A stretch of 57,281 bases of DNA, counting the filler, from Sphacelaria rigidula (lineage: Eukaryota), in NCBI GenBank assembly GCA_964200075.2. It is 7 parts of 7 records of this genome, joined end to end, with 100 filler letters (N's around TTAATTAATTAA, not from the genome) between each part and the next. Parts side by side here need not be neighbours in the genome. Positions count along the whole stretch, not along the records: positions 8,199 to 16,296 come from CAXNAA020012311.1; positions 16,397 to 24,494 come from CAXNAA020012312.1; positions 24,595 to 32,692 come from CAXNAA020012313.1; 4 more parts are not named here. One strand, 5' to 3'. The position numbers were made by a program, and so were the translations under genes. The notes beneath the pieces are model-generated. The model was not told the origin of the DNA, did not search any database, and saw nothing but the letters and a program-made list of their open reading frames with translations. Shown here piece after piece: positions 12,330 through 24,696 of this stretch. The first letter of the stretch is position 1. Every line of letters starts with the position of its first letter.

Positions 12330-13532
12330 GTGGAACAGGCCGGTACTTCCCAGATTTCGATTAGATCGTTACTGCTCCCTGACCACCCCTCATGCACTGC
12401 GTTAGAAGCCATTTCCGATAAAGCGTTGCCGTCTGTAGGGACAGAGACTTCGCCGACTCATGGACGTTTGCATCCTAGTTATGAAGGCACCTCGATCGTG
12501 TGTTCGTCACCAGGCAGACAAAGTGTTACGCAAGCCGACTCGTCTCCTAACTCGCCCACGTTGGCCCCTTCAATAGACGCCGGGTTGAACAGTACAGCTT
12601 TACCAACCCCGCGTCCTGACGAATCGTCTCCAAAATCTCCCATGTTGGCCCTGACTAGTGATGGTATTGAGTTGATTGGAGTATCAAACTCAACACCGCG
12701 CCCCGATAAATCGTCCCCTGTTCCGACCAAGCTGGATAATGTAATTGATCCCGCTTTGCACAATGACGATTCGCCCCCTCTGTTGGCCAATAAGGGTGAA
12801 ACACCGTGCACAGATCAGTTGTCGGGTCCAACCACGACAACTACCCTTCCCCGACATCGCCCCTCCGTTACAGTATATGAGATTCAAATCTCAACTGATG
12901 AGACAAATATTTCAGGCACAAACACTGACACTCCCAGCACGCGCCATCCTTCCGACCAAAGGCTTGTCCCACAGGATCATCAACGGATGTATTTTAGCAC
13001 CTTCGTTCAAAACACAAAGCAGGATGTGTCAGATGTCATTCCCGAATTCGGGCTCGGTCTCGTCAGTGGTACTGTAACTCTGGATGATGCTTCTTTTATG
13101 ACCAAGACAGGTTCACATAGTGGAGCGCATGCAAACTGTCATTTAATAGCTCTTGCACTACCAGACTCTGGTTGGTACCAAACGTTCATTACAGCCAGCT
13201 GCTGGCAACAGATGATCAACGCGGGCGCGGCGGACGAGCATTGTCTGTCCGCCGTGCACCCCCGTGTTTTTGGTGGGTTTGGTTCCTCCACATGTCTCAC
13301 GGTCAATCAATCGGTGAGACTAACTGTACAATTCTACCAGGATACTAGTCCCACTGCTCGGTTATCCGTATGGGCACTAATAGTGCCCGGCGGTTCCATG
13401 TCTTTTGATGTTTTGTTGGGTCGAAATAGTTGGGTTCGTCTGGGTTCGTTCCACACATATGTATACGACGGACATACCTGTCCCGAACCGTCCAGTCACA
13501 GGCAAACTGTCACTGGGTCACTTCGACACTGA
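12330..13532 (+). pseudogene. S/P/T-rich linker followed by a retroviral-type aspartic protease domain
   Basis: LIALALPDSGWYQTFI (D-S-G at 13164) and downstream FDVLLGRNSW match the D(T/S)G...(I/L)LG.D/N retropepsin signature. Confidence 0.7.
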
Positions 13533-14160
13533 TTCGGGAGCTCATGCTTATGAGGATGACCCCACAAAAACAGGTAGTGCTTTCCGTCTGTACTATGTTG
13601 GTGACCGGTAATCTCGCTTTCTCGTGAACCCCAACTAATCCAAGTGAACCTCGTGAGACGCAATGGATCACCCGCCCTCACAGGACACTATTTGATCGAG
13701 TTGCTCAAACCTGACCAAGCACGGGTTGGTCCATTTGAACAGACCGAAGTCTTTGTCCACGAAGGTAGGCAGGCCATTTACCTCACGTCCCCTGCATGTT
13801 TCGATATACTCAACGGTCAGTTGTTGGGCTATGCTCAAGCCCCTTTCACACGAACCGCCCTGTCAGATGTGTTCCCCCCGGCGAACAACAACTCGCCAAC
13901 CGACCCCCCGAAATCCACGGGGCCCCCTCCGCTACACATGCCTGACCCCATGGTGGTGACAAACCCACCAGATGCGCCTGACCCTTAACCCCCAACTGCA
14001 TTACTGGATAGATTTTCTTTAGAACAGCGCGCCAGTTTTCAAACGTTGTGGGATGACATTCCCCTTCACTTACGGCATATTGTTTTTGATCTATCTGGCG
14101 ATGGTTGGACACCCACTGTAATCGATAGATTGAGATTCAGTTCAAATAGATAATCTGAAC

Positions 14161-15020
14161 GGTTTTCTACTGCACCCTTGGATTTAGGTCGATGTACCAC
14201 GACACCGTTCAAGATCAAGATTCCTGATGGCACTCCACCTATCGCTATGCGTCCATACCGTACGAGCCCCCTCTTAGCGGATACGATCCAGGTAACTCTC
14301 GATGGTTACTTTTCCGCCGGTTTCATTTGACATTTGACGTCTCCGTGGGCCTCGCCTTTGGTAGTCGTCTGCACGAAGATGGCATAATCAGACTGACGGT
14401 CAATTATCAACGACTGAACGCTGTCACCAAAATCGCCCGACTGCCGCTTCCACGGATTGATGAAATTATTGATTCTCTTGGCGGGGGTAAAGTATTTTCG
14501 AACTTTGACATACAGTCCGGCTACCACCAGCTCATGATGGATCCAAATTCCATTGAACTGACAGCGTTTTGCACGCCACCAGGTTTGTACAACTGCCTGG
14601 TTACACCACAAGGTCCCGCCGGAGCTCCAGGTGCGTTTTAACGTGTGATGTTCGGTGTAACTGATGGATTGCCCAAATAAATGTCACATGTACCTTGATG
14701 ATGCCGTGTGCCACGACTCCACACCGGCTGAACACGTCGAACAGTTGGCATCATTCTTCAATCGGTTTGAACAACACAACTTCAAACTCGCACCCTCCAA
14801 ATCCCGCATCGGCGCCACGAAGATTGAGTTCTTGGGTCATTGCATCACCCAGAAGGTCGTAGCCCAAACCTCGACAAGGTCGCCGCACTCTCCGATATGC
14901 CCATGCCACGGGAAATTTCTCAACTGCGTTCCTTGTCGGGAGGTCTAGGCTACTATAGACAGTACTTGCCAAACCTTGCCCAAATGCTTAAAGCCCTCAC
15001 CATCCTCCTAAAAAAGGGGT
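14161..15020 (+). pseudogene. Gypsy reverse transcriptase (frameshifted, with stops)
   Basis: PPIAMRPYR...SPWASPLVVV / RLTVNYQRLNAVT...PLPRIDEIIDSLGGGKVFSNFDIQSGYHQL...TAFCTPPGLY...PQGPAGAPGAF / YLDD (14691-14702) / KIEFLGH / LRSLSGGLGYYRQYLPN. Confidence 0.95.
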
Positions 15021-15573
15021 GAAATTTGTGTTCACATTGGAAATGGAAAAAATCGTCCGCCGTCTTCTTGACACTCTTTCGCGCCCGCCGATTCTCGTCT
15101 TCCCCGGCTGGTCGGCCGCGGAGCAGGGTTCCCGCCCTTTCCGGCTCCACACAGATTCTTCCAAAATTGGGTTTGGCTGCACATTAGAACAGGAGCAAGT
15201 CGATGCTACTGTTCGTCCCATTGTCTATCTGAGTCGCACCACTTTTCCGAATGAACAGATTTGGTCTGTCATGGAACAAGTGGCCGACGCAGTTGTTTGG
15301 GGCGTGCGACGTCTGCGTCACTATTTGTATGGCATCCCGTTTTTTATTTATACCAACCACAAGTCTGTGGAAAGCCTTGCCAAAATGGCGGAACACAACG
15401 CTAGGGTCCAACGCTGGTTCGAAATCCTGTCGTCCTATAACTTCCAACTGAAGTACCGCACAGGTCCCCAGAATGCAAACGCCGACTTTCTGTCACGCTT
15501 GCCCATACCAGCTCAACCTATCGATGAATCCCTCTTTGAACGTATCACCGATCCCACCGAAGACTTTGTATAG
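15019..15573 (+). pseudogene. Gypsy RNase H domain
   Basis: FRLHTDSSKIGFGCTLEQ...PIVYLSR...AVVWGVRRLRHYLYG..F.IYTNHKS...RVQRW...LSSYNFQLKYRTGPQNANADFLSR. Confidence 0.95.
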
Positions 15574-16296
15574 TTCATAAGCAGGAATGGACACAGAGGT
15601 CACAACACTGTCACTGAGAGAAACGCCGGCTTTAGGCATGGGTGGGCTGACGACCAAAGCCCACGCATCAGTCCTAGGCAGCTTGCGACCTCAATCGTTG
15701 TCCTCAGTTTGGAATTGACTGTCTACGAATACTGTTAGCTATGATCATTTTCGTGCAAATGGCCAGCGCATGGTTTTCACACCAGGTGTAGAACCGTCCT
15801 TTGCTGACTCCATCTTACCAGTTCAAGTTCAAGATTTGATTTCGAGTAGGACTCGTGGACGGCGAACCGCCAAAACGGCCACCAAATTAGACGTATCTGG
15901 TCCTGACCTTCCCCTCCCTGCCCCCACCCCGGCCCCCGATAGTTTCCTTGCGCCCCCGCAGCCTCCGCGACGCAAGATCTTCAGAAAATCGACCCCGACC
16001 GTGCCGCACCTGCCAACCATAGCCGTAACCACGACTGTGCCCATCTCCCTTGGTGATGATATTGCAAACACCACCACAACACCCTCCACGCTAATCGACG
16101 CAGGAGTAGACGTTAAAGTTCCGTCTGAGAGTACACCAACTGGTAGGCTCACCCTTGATTCCGAAATCACCGCTTCGTGCCACCCTCTCCCCGAACCGAC
16201 CTCACACGAAGTCGACGCTTCAACAGATAACAACAAATTGTGCGAATTGAGGTTTAACTCCGAGATGAGGTTGAAGCCTAAAACAGTGCTTTCCCC

Positions 16297-16396
16297 NNNN
16301 NNNNNNNNNNNNNNNNNNNNNNNNNNNNNNNNNNNNNNNNTTAATTAATTAANNNNNNNNNNNNNNNNNNNNNNNNNNNNNNNNNNNNNNNNNNNN
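16297..16396. other. Artificial contig linker
   Basis: N44-TTAATTAATTAA-N44. Confidence 0.98.
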
Positions 16397-16930
16397 GGTC
16401 CGGCGAAAACCCGGCGTGCTCCATCCCGGCTTTCTTGGGATATGAGGTGAATGGTCTGATGACTTTGGCATGCGTGATCATGAGTACACCCTCCCCCCCG
16501 CCCGCTCATCAGACAGCGGGCAGGTTGTCGCAGCACCAGGACGTATCGTACCAGAACGTGTCGTACTGCCTACCCGTGTAAGACCCCCATACCTTACGTT
16601 GAAACGCGACTCCGACCCCCCCCCCCAAATAAAAAAAAGGGTCGCAAGTTCTTGGGTATGTTCAGCTCCATATCCACAACGATCCTCACAGCCCTGTACC
16701 AGAGAAAGTTGTGTATTACCCCTGTCCAAACACGGTACCCTTGAAATGAGTTGTTGGATCCCCAAACGTCATCACCAGGGAGGGGGGGCGTACTCATTTG
16801 TAGCTTGCCTTGGTCGTTTGACCAATGAGGTGTGGGGGGGGTACTCATGATCTTGTATGCCGTGGTCATATGATCATTGACTTCGCATCCCTCGAAAGCC
16901 GGGACGGAGAACGCTGGGTTTTCGCCTGGG
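16397..16930. repeat. Diverged inverted repeat (arms of 100 bp or more, about 330-bp spacer), left arm cut by the contig start
   Basis: 16401-16499 ggcgaaaacccggcgtgctccatcccggctttc...gatcatgagtacaccc pairs with 16834-16928 gggtactcatgatc...gaaagccgggacggagaacgctgggttttcgcc. Confidence 0.75.
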
Positions 16931-18251
16931 AGGGCGGAGTTGGTATCAAGTCCACCGTACATGTATGATGATCCTGAACCACCTCCGGCAAGGAGGGAGC
17001 CCTCATCGGCGATCGCTAACTGCGAGAGCAGCGCTTCGTGAGATTCCAGGACAAGGGGGGGGGGAGGGGGGGTCCAAGAATTTGAGTAAAAGCGTGTACG
17101 ATATCGTATATACCCCCAGCTAGACAACGTGTTGCTCCAAAGCTAGGAAGCTTGGAACGCCGCGTCTTGAGTGCGCGAGAAGAAAAAAAGAGGACTGAAA
17201 ATTACACGCCCATACCAGCGATTCGGCCTATTATTTTTTCTACCCGAAGCAGCAGGCCAGGCGGATTTTGCCACCTCGAAAAGACCTGCTCTTCTTCTCT
17301 CAAGAGGACTTCAGCGCATTTCGGCGCACTTTGGATTTTACAGTAAGCACTTGTAGTTCGCACTAAATGAGGAACTTTCCCAAGGAATCTCCACTCTATT
17401 CGGACTTTCCTACACTCTGGACAAGGACAATAGATTATATTGGCAACAAATATAATGTGTACAGTATCGAATGTACTGTCTAATTCTGAAGACACAAGAT
17501 GTAATACTGCACGCAGCGCACTTGTTGCCAACGTTGTCTATTGTCAGTGTCCAGTGTCCAGTGTGTGGACTATTCTGACTTCCTCGCGTAGTTTTCCCTC
17601 GATGCTCCCAAGATTTTGTGGCCGGCACAGTACAGAAACTTGGCGAATTTGGGCCGCTGAAATCTTCCTGGATTTTGTAGACTTTCTCAGGTGTCAATCT
17701 ACAAAATATTTTTCGTATTTCGCGTTTGTACCAAAACCTTTTACCATGCATCCAAGTCAAACGGCGTGCCTGAAAAAATCAGAAAAATTGCGCTAGAGTT
17801 CTCAGAGGAGACAGAGTGAGTCATTTTGAGGCGGCAGACGTACCTACCGCTTCTGTTCGGGCAGGGCAAAAAAGAAAGCGCCGAGAACAAGTTTTTTGCA
17901 AGAAAATGTTCGTTAGGCTATACTAGCTGAAATTCGGGTACTTAGGGAAGCATAGAGGTCTTTTTTAATGGGTAAATGCTTTTCAAAACCATATCCGAAC
18001 TTTGGTGCATATTTCGGTATGTGGTTTTGGTACGCCCACCGAAATTTCCTACTTCCAGATATACCTCACCGAACACACTCTTGGATTTGACTTGTTCTCA
18101 GGACGTTTTCAGTTGCACCCTGTAAGAAGCGAACCCCATGGGTCGAACCGTTGATCTAACCCTCTAATTGCCCGAGTTCATCCCCTCTGGTGAGTATACA
18201 TCGTGTTCGCTCATGTGAAATATGAATCTAGGGAAAATCATATGTGCAATC

Positions 18252-18499
18252 GACAGATGCCGAGATAGCCTCCCTCACAAAAAGTGCACCGGAAACCGCC
18301 CGACAAACCGGCTACGATACCACGATTGGTCTCGTTTGCAGCAATTCGCCCACATGAGAAGCGTGCAGCAGTCCAAATTCAGCTATAATGCCCAAATAGG
18401 CTGCGTCGTGCAGCACAATACTAGCTCTAACGGCATTTACTATCATCGCCTTCGTGCACTTTTTTGGCCGGTTCGGGGGGGACTATCTCGGCAGCAGTC
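18252..18499. mobile_element. 248-bp MITE, same family as 11644-11895, 4-bp TSD (AATC)
   Basis: TIRs gacagatgccgagatagcc / gactatctcggcagcagtc; aatc at 18248-18251 and 18500-18503. Confidence 0.88.
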
Positions 18500-18522
18500 A
18501 ATCTGCGATGCCTAAAAAAAAG

Positions 18523-18738
18523 TTCAAGGGCATATCGGGTAGGGTTTACCCATATACTCGATATTGTGATATTTGCAAAAGTGGAGATCCGACCCATGCC
18601 CGCAGCAGCAGCCAGCCCCGTGCTGTTGTTCCCCTCTCTAAAGCCTCTAAATAGTCACTGAGACTAAATTGGGCACGTGATGAGCGAGTGTTCAAAACAC
18701 CAAAATATCGGGTATACCCTAACCGACACGGCCTTGAA
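18523..18738. mobile_element. About 215-bp MITE-like element
   Basis: ttcaagggcatatcgggtagggtttaccc...cgatatt versus aatatcgggtataccctaaccgacacggccttgaa (imperfect TIRs of about 35 bp). Confidence 0.6.
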
Positions 18739-21323
18739 AAGGTACAACCGTTTGGGCGACGGCCGACGGACGGGTTATGCTTCTGGTTGCGAGGGGGCTC
18801 GGATGGGCGCAACACATACTTCTGATTTTTTCGGGCGATGAAAGACACAGCATGCCTGATTGCATGCGTGCGCGCGCGCGTGAGTGTGTGTGTGTGTGTT
18901 TTTGTGTGGTGCCTGTAAAAATGTCGCGTACTTACAGCTACGCGTCGATATCCTCCTCCGGGAGATCAGAGGTGCTTCAGCGGTTCTATCTTTACGCCAA
19001 GGGCTACATTCAACATAAAGTACAGTCAGTCTGCAAGAAGACTCCAAGCTCATGAACATCTGACGAGCTCCATCGTTTGTTATCTCGGCCTGATTTTTGA
19101 GTGTGCCGCGAGACTATCCATTCGGGGCTATCTATCCTATTAGGGCCATGATAATCAGACCTACCTTTTTAGAGGAATAAAAAAATGTCACACTTTTCGG
19201 ACTTTGCGCTTAGATTTCTCAGAAAACGAAGCGGCTTGATTTCTTCTTCGAACCTTATTTTCTGGAGGAATCCGTAAAATTCGGACTGCAACGCAGCACT
19301 TCGGATGCCTGCCCTGTCTGTACGCCGTGGCGCTCGCAAGCCTTAGAGAGGGATCAGGTACCTCGCTAGTCCCGACACATGAGAAGATCTCCAAAATAAC
19401 AGTGTAGATCATGATGGGCCCAACGTAATCGCACAAGGCACTGGTCTACGGGTTCTTCACTTGTGTCCTGGACTGTTCCACGGCTCTACATGTCTCCGAA
19501 TGTCCCGTATGCCCCGCCTCCACGCCTCATACAAGTGTTCTTCAGTAGTAAACTCCCCTTGTTCACCCACGGGACTGTGATCAGTACTACTGTTCCGAGG
19601 TGAGGGTCGCAACCAAGGGTACACATATTGAAATCATCTCAAGTCGACTCCTGCGCAGATTTTACTTCTTCTCGCAGTTCAAGTATAGATTATTATAGCC
19701 GCCATTTTGTTTTGCCCTCAGTACCTGTAGGAGTAAATATTGGTCGTCCCATAGGATTCGAGGGTGCATATTATAATAGTAGTTTGACAAAAAAAGTGGT
19801 GAAATTTTCCACGTGGCGGCACGCTTCATTTCCCTGTTCAAGATTGGCAGTAACAGACAGAAGGCGAATTGCGAAAGCAGCCAGGTGCAAGCAGAGAACG
19901 CTGCTTCTGCGGATAAAGTACAGCGAATTACACTTTGCACTGTACTGCCCTGCGCGGCACCAGTATTGATCAACAGTCCATCACAGTCCATTGAACTGGG
20001 TAGTGGTATGCGCGAAATTAGAAAGCCGGGGGCAAGTTACATGTACTCAGTTTTGATCCTTTTTCACGGACTGGGGGTCCTCGATGCAACCGTATGACGA
20101 AGGACGGTCGCAGTATAAATTACACACCACTGCAGAGAGTTTCGGCTCACCAATGTGGTACCTCTATGCTCTGATGAGGCAGTACAGCAAGGCATGACGC
20201 TGAAGCTGTTGAAAGAACGACAGAGGAGCTCTTTGAGAAAAACCTACCAAACGGTTCACTTTTTTTTTATTTATGCGAACGAAAAACAGTCCGCCTTGGT
20301 CCGTCAGAATGAACATCTTTTGGGAGCACGGTTGAGGGTCGTGTCGATGTGGGTCGTAGCCTTTCAAGGGGGGTCATACTACTGTAGGGTAGTGGGCCGC
20401 AGCCCGCAAAACAGCGGGTAGCATAGCTATGAATCGGATACGAACAGCTAACGAGCCTGCGATGAAGGGCAGAGGTCAGCAAAAAAAATATGTAGCTATC
20501 TATCGTCATGTCAGGGGCAGTGCACTCGGCTACGGGTGTTCATGGTTGAGCGACTTTCGAGCCGTCAGTCTGCTGTTCGTGCAGCTTCGCCACGAAAAGC
20601 CGGCGCGAAGTACCGGGACAAGTGCAGAGGGTCTCCACGCCCGCAAAATATAATTGTGGTGTATGCCGTTTCATATTCCCCTTAGGCATCGCTTCATTTG
20701 TACTGCTGAAGCTACACGTCCCCAAATTTCACGGAGCATATACACCAAGCTACGTAGCGTGGACAACGACAGGATCACCTTGCATATCAGGCAAGGGGTA
20801 ACACATGCAACATATAATATTTTCAACCGCGGCGTAGTACAACAACAGTAGAGTACATTAGAGTAGTACTGCACAGAACAACAGTCAGTATAATCGTAGA
20901 GTACATATAATACAGTAGCATGTCGGTGGGCCGTTTGTACCTAACCCATCCTACAGGATCGCGCATCCCCTGCCCCTTTATCACGGTGTCACTACTGCAG
21001 GAGTAACAAGCTAAGTTGATGGAGGGCCATTACCACCGTGTTGATTCAAATGTCGTTTTCGAGTGCGCTTTATTTATATCAGCCGCAGTCTAGCGGTTAG
21101 CCGCAGTCTACCGCTTCTCTCGGTTGAAGGGGCAGAGAGAGGCCGACAGACACCGAACATTCAGGTGGGATGTACCGTAGTACAGGGACCCAGGGACACG
21201 CCGTGTGGTGTACTAACGAATCCAGGCAACCAGAGATGAACATGCAGACAGAAAACAAGGTGAAACCCAGACAAAGACAACAGCAACAAGCACAAGAATA
21301 CATCCTTCACCAAAAAAACGTAC

Positions 21324-21546
21324 ATGGGTAGAGCCCTGGTCTCAAAGTACGTCTGCGCCACAGCATCCACGAAGGTGTCGTAGGTTGCGGCTACCATCGC
21401 AACCTCCAATTGCTGGAGCGCATCGCACGGTGTCTGCGACACCGAAATCTCGTCGATCCATTCGGCTACCTTAACCTCAAACGCGTCGGCCGCTCTCAAG
21501 TGGAATGTACAGGCGTCGCCGCCGCCGCCGCCGCTGTACGTCATGC
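21324..21546 (-). CDS. Possible isolated coding exon, unknown protein
   Basis: GC-rich open frame MTYSGGGGGDACTFHLRAADAFEVKVAEWIDEISVSQTPCDALQQLEVAMVAATYDTFVDAVAQTYFETRALP, bounded by ctgcag| and |gtacgt on the minus strand. No family recognised. Confidence 0.4.
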
Positions 21547-23100
21547 CTGCAGACGGTTGCTGTCCTGCCGTCCCCCTCCACCGAACTCTCTGCAGCACTG
21601 CAGAAGACTTTACTCCCCACGTTCGTCCACTTTGCTAGCACAACTTGTGCAAGTGGCAATGGGCGAAGCTCGGGAGAGCTGGGGTCGAGGTCTAGCTGCT
21701 GAGATTTGACTGTCTGCCTTTGTGTGCTTCCGCTCTTCGTGCTGGTTTGTTTCCAAAATATGGCGCTAAAACAGATGGCACTTCCACCATTTACGTTATG
21801 GCAAGCCAAGCGCGCCAGGGTCAGAAGGCGTAAAACGAACTCCCTGGCATGGCATAACGGCTTCGAATAAATGTGAATACGACCTGAGCCGCACTGCCTA
21901 GATTAGGATGCTCGGTTCCACACTCTGTCCTGCAGATCTGTGCGCAACGCCTGCGCTGTACTACAAAGACAGTGGTAATGTGTTTTCTCCTACAATTATA
22001 CTCTATTCGACCGACTCCACCGCCTGCGTTGGGACATAATTAACAAAATTAAACTGACATAGAACCATTTTCCATTAGTAGAGTGGCGGAATTGCCATGA
22101 CTTGGCCTGACTTGGCCATGATGTTGCTTGCTGTATGATTGTGCTACAGGCTAATATTTGTGTTTGTTTAGCTCACCACAGCAGTGCGCGCAGGAGTATA
22201 TCTCAGAGCAACTAAAAGATTATCAAAATTATATGTTGGTCTCATTTGTTGATTAAGAGTTGGGTCAGCCCAGAACCGGGCCTGGAGGTTGACGGTCAAT
22301 TCTATGCTCAATGTTTTGAGTTGGACATTCAGATTGGAAACCGTATGGAAAATCAACTGGGTATAACGAAAAAAGTAATATGGGGCATCGAGACTTTTTT
22401 CATGATTCATGGGCCAAAAATAATATGCAAATTTAAGTATTAAAAAACATCCCTGAAAACTCATGAAAAACACTCCATGTCTGAAAACTGCCGACATTAT
22501 TTTGTACTAGCTAGCAACTCTCCAAAATCGAACGCTCAACTCTCAAAATTGAGGTGAGAATTTCAGTTTTACAGCCTGGGCCGGTCGAGAATCGGAGCAG
22601 TATCGTGTAGCCCGCTTACCAGCCCAGTTTCGGCTTGTGCTCCGGCATTCTGTGTGAAGAATCGCCATAGTAAGATAAAATAAAAAATGGGATATTATGG
22701 TGATCTATTATTTTTCGTGATTTAAGGACGTCATTGATGAAGTAGTAAAAGGACCATCATGTCGCGAGAATCTGAGAATGTCCATCTTCTCACGAAAAAG
22801 AAAGGGAAATCCAAGTTTGTTTCGTTTTCAGCGTATAATTCGATTCTCCATAATAATACTACTTTCGAAATTTCAAGGCGCAATTCGAGAAACTGAGTAG
22901 AGAAACAGAGTCAAGGGTCAAATACCATGCCGATTTCTCACAAAAACGTCCTTCACTCATCTTGACAATAATCTTGATGTTCTGAACGTTTTACTTTCAT
23001 CTTGCCCCACCCAGCGATTTTCCCTTTCAAATTTCATGGCACAGCTCCCAAAAGTGAGGTGAAAATTCCAGGTCTAGCATTTAGGTGCCTCTGCTCGAAA

Positions 23101-23477
23101 TGTGTTGTGTCGTACCATCTATTCTGGACGACGGTCTACTCCTTTCGGTGTATGTATGTGGGCGCACCAGCCGGGGTCACACAGGAAGAAGGTCAGCACA
23201 GGACTTTGTTCTTTTTTTGTTTATTTTCATTATACTACTTCACCTTCCTCCTGCGGTGCTTGCCTTCATTTTTCATCGCGATAGGAGTTCAGCAGTCAGT
23301 CCCTTTCCCTCGTCGACCGTTAAGTCGACTTTTGAATTTTGTGTACCCACGATATAATAATCGCTCCACTGTTGGGCATGGTGTGAGAAAAAATCTCAGA
23401 TCGTTCCGAGATTTGAACCCACGCCCCACCCGACAGAAGATTCCGAGGTTACCGACTGAGCCACCGGAGCGACCGGC
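23101..23477 (-). mobile_element. tRNA-derived SINE, family 1 (full length)
   Basis: Minus strand starts gccggtcgctccggTGGCTCAGTCGGtaacc (A box)...gGGTTCAAATCtc (B box) and ends in a (CA/CAA)-rich tail. Homologues at 31991-32068, 32628-32692, 32793-32870, 49834-50191. Confidence 0.85.
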
Positions 23478-23658
23478 AAATACAAGGTAATAATGTTCAC
23501 GTCATGGATGAAATCGTGTGTAGCAGAATTTAATTTTTCATGCCGTCCCCATCACATGGGAAATGACTATAGCACATGGGTAGACAGCTGTTTATCCACA
23601 CTTTCCCCCGCACCTAGCACTTAAGAAGCGGTGGAGCGTGCCGGGGTGATCGGTGAAG

Positions 23659-23777
23659 ATGATGATGAAGGGCTTCGCAGTTTCAGCTGCATCTTTGTGC
23701 GTATTGTGGGGGGTAGAGCTGGTGGTCAATGGGGAGCCCGCGTTTGGAGATGGGCATAATTGTGACCAGGATCACAG
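23659..23777 (+). CDS. Possible first exon with a signal-peptide-like N-terminus
   Basis: MMMKGFAVSAASLCVLWGVELVVNGEPAFGDGHNCDQDH followed by ag|gttagt. No downstream exon found. Confidence 0.25.
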
Positions 23778-24494
23778 GTTAGTTTTTGCGGGCACACTCG
23801 GCTTTGTCTTTTCTTTGTACATAAAGCACACGTGAAGACCTCCAGACCGCCGAGCGGCGACGGTCCGTACCCATTAGTGCAGCCATCGTAAATGGCAAAC
23901 ATGTCTCATTACCCATCGGCGAAGAGAACCATGAATGCATGTGAGTAGAGTGTATAGTACATTGTATTTTGAGTTCAATGAAATGGGTTTTGTGAGACCG
24001 ACACTGTTTCACAGTTGGGTAGCTGTAACGTTGCAGTTTCGCAGTCTGAGCTTGCAAATGGTGGGGCTTCGTACTGCAAAAAAAATGAAACACAAACGCT
24101 CTCACTTCAACCAGACCGTAATAACATAACGAAATATGAACACTATTTACTGACTGTCTGTACTCGTAGGGTTTTAGGGGTTGTATTTTGTAAGAGAGCG
24201 GCAAAGAGCAGTACGACGGTAAATCACGAGGCATGGAAACCACAAAGCCTGCACTCATGTAACTCTGCCACATGTTGACCACGTGTATGTCGCTGCTGTA
24301 GGAGAATCGTTCAGGAAGAACTAGAGGAGGGCGAGTCGAAGTATCACGAAAGGAAAAACCCGAAAAGAGTCATATTCCAGAATCATGCGCCTGTGATTGG
24401 TCCCGGCAAGGGGCCTTACAGACTGGAAAACGGTTTATACCCCCCCCCCCCCCTCAGGGGTGGTCGAGAATGAGAAAAATCGAAAAATGGTGTC

Positions 24495-24594
24495 NNNNNN
24501 NNNNNNNNNNNNNNNNNNNNNNNNNNNNNNNNNNNNNNTTAATTAATTAANNNNNNNNNNNNNNNNNNNNNNNNNNNNNNNNNNNNNNNNNNNN
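24495..24594. other. Artificial contig linker
   Basis: N44-TTAATTAATTAA-N44. Confidence 0.98.
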
Positions 24595-24664
24595 TGCTGT
24601 GTTTTATCCTCCTTCTCCTCCCCCACCCACAAACCCGTGTTTTGGAGGAGGGTATGGTAAAAGC

Positions 24665-24696
<32 letters not shown>

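Larger units (their letters stand above)
10065..16296 (+). mobile_element. Decayed Ty3/Gypsy-type LTR retrotransposon, internal region (3' end cut by the contig end; LTRs not identified)
   Basis: Domain order ORF1 - aspartic protease - RT - RNase H with no integrase before RT (Gypsy order, not Copia). Multiple stops and frameshifts. 8200-10060 may be LTR/leader but could not be delimited. Confidence 0.9.

Noticed and set aside
16476..16852. MITE with a GATC target-site duplication
   Set aside because: Inverted similarity continues well beyond GATC, so GATC is part of the arms.
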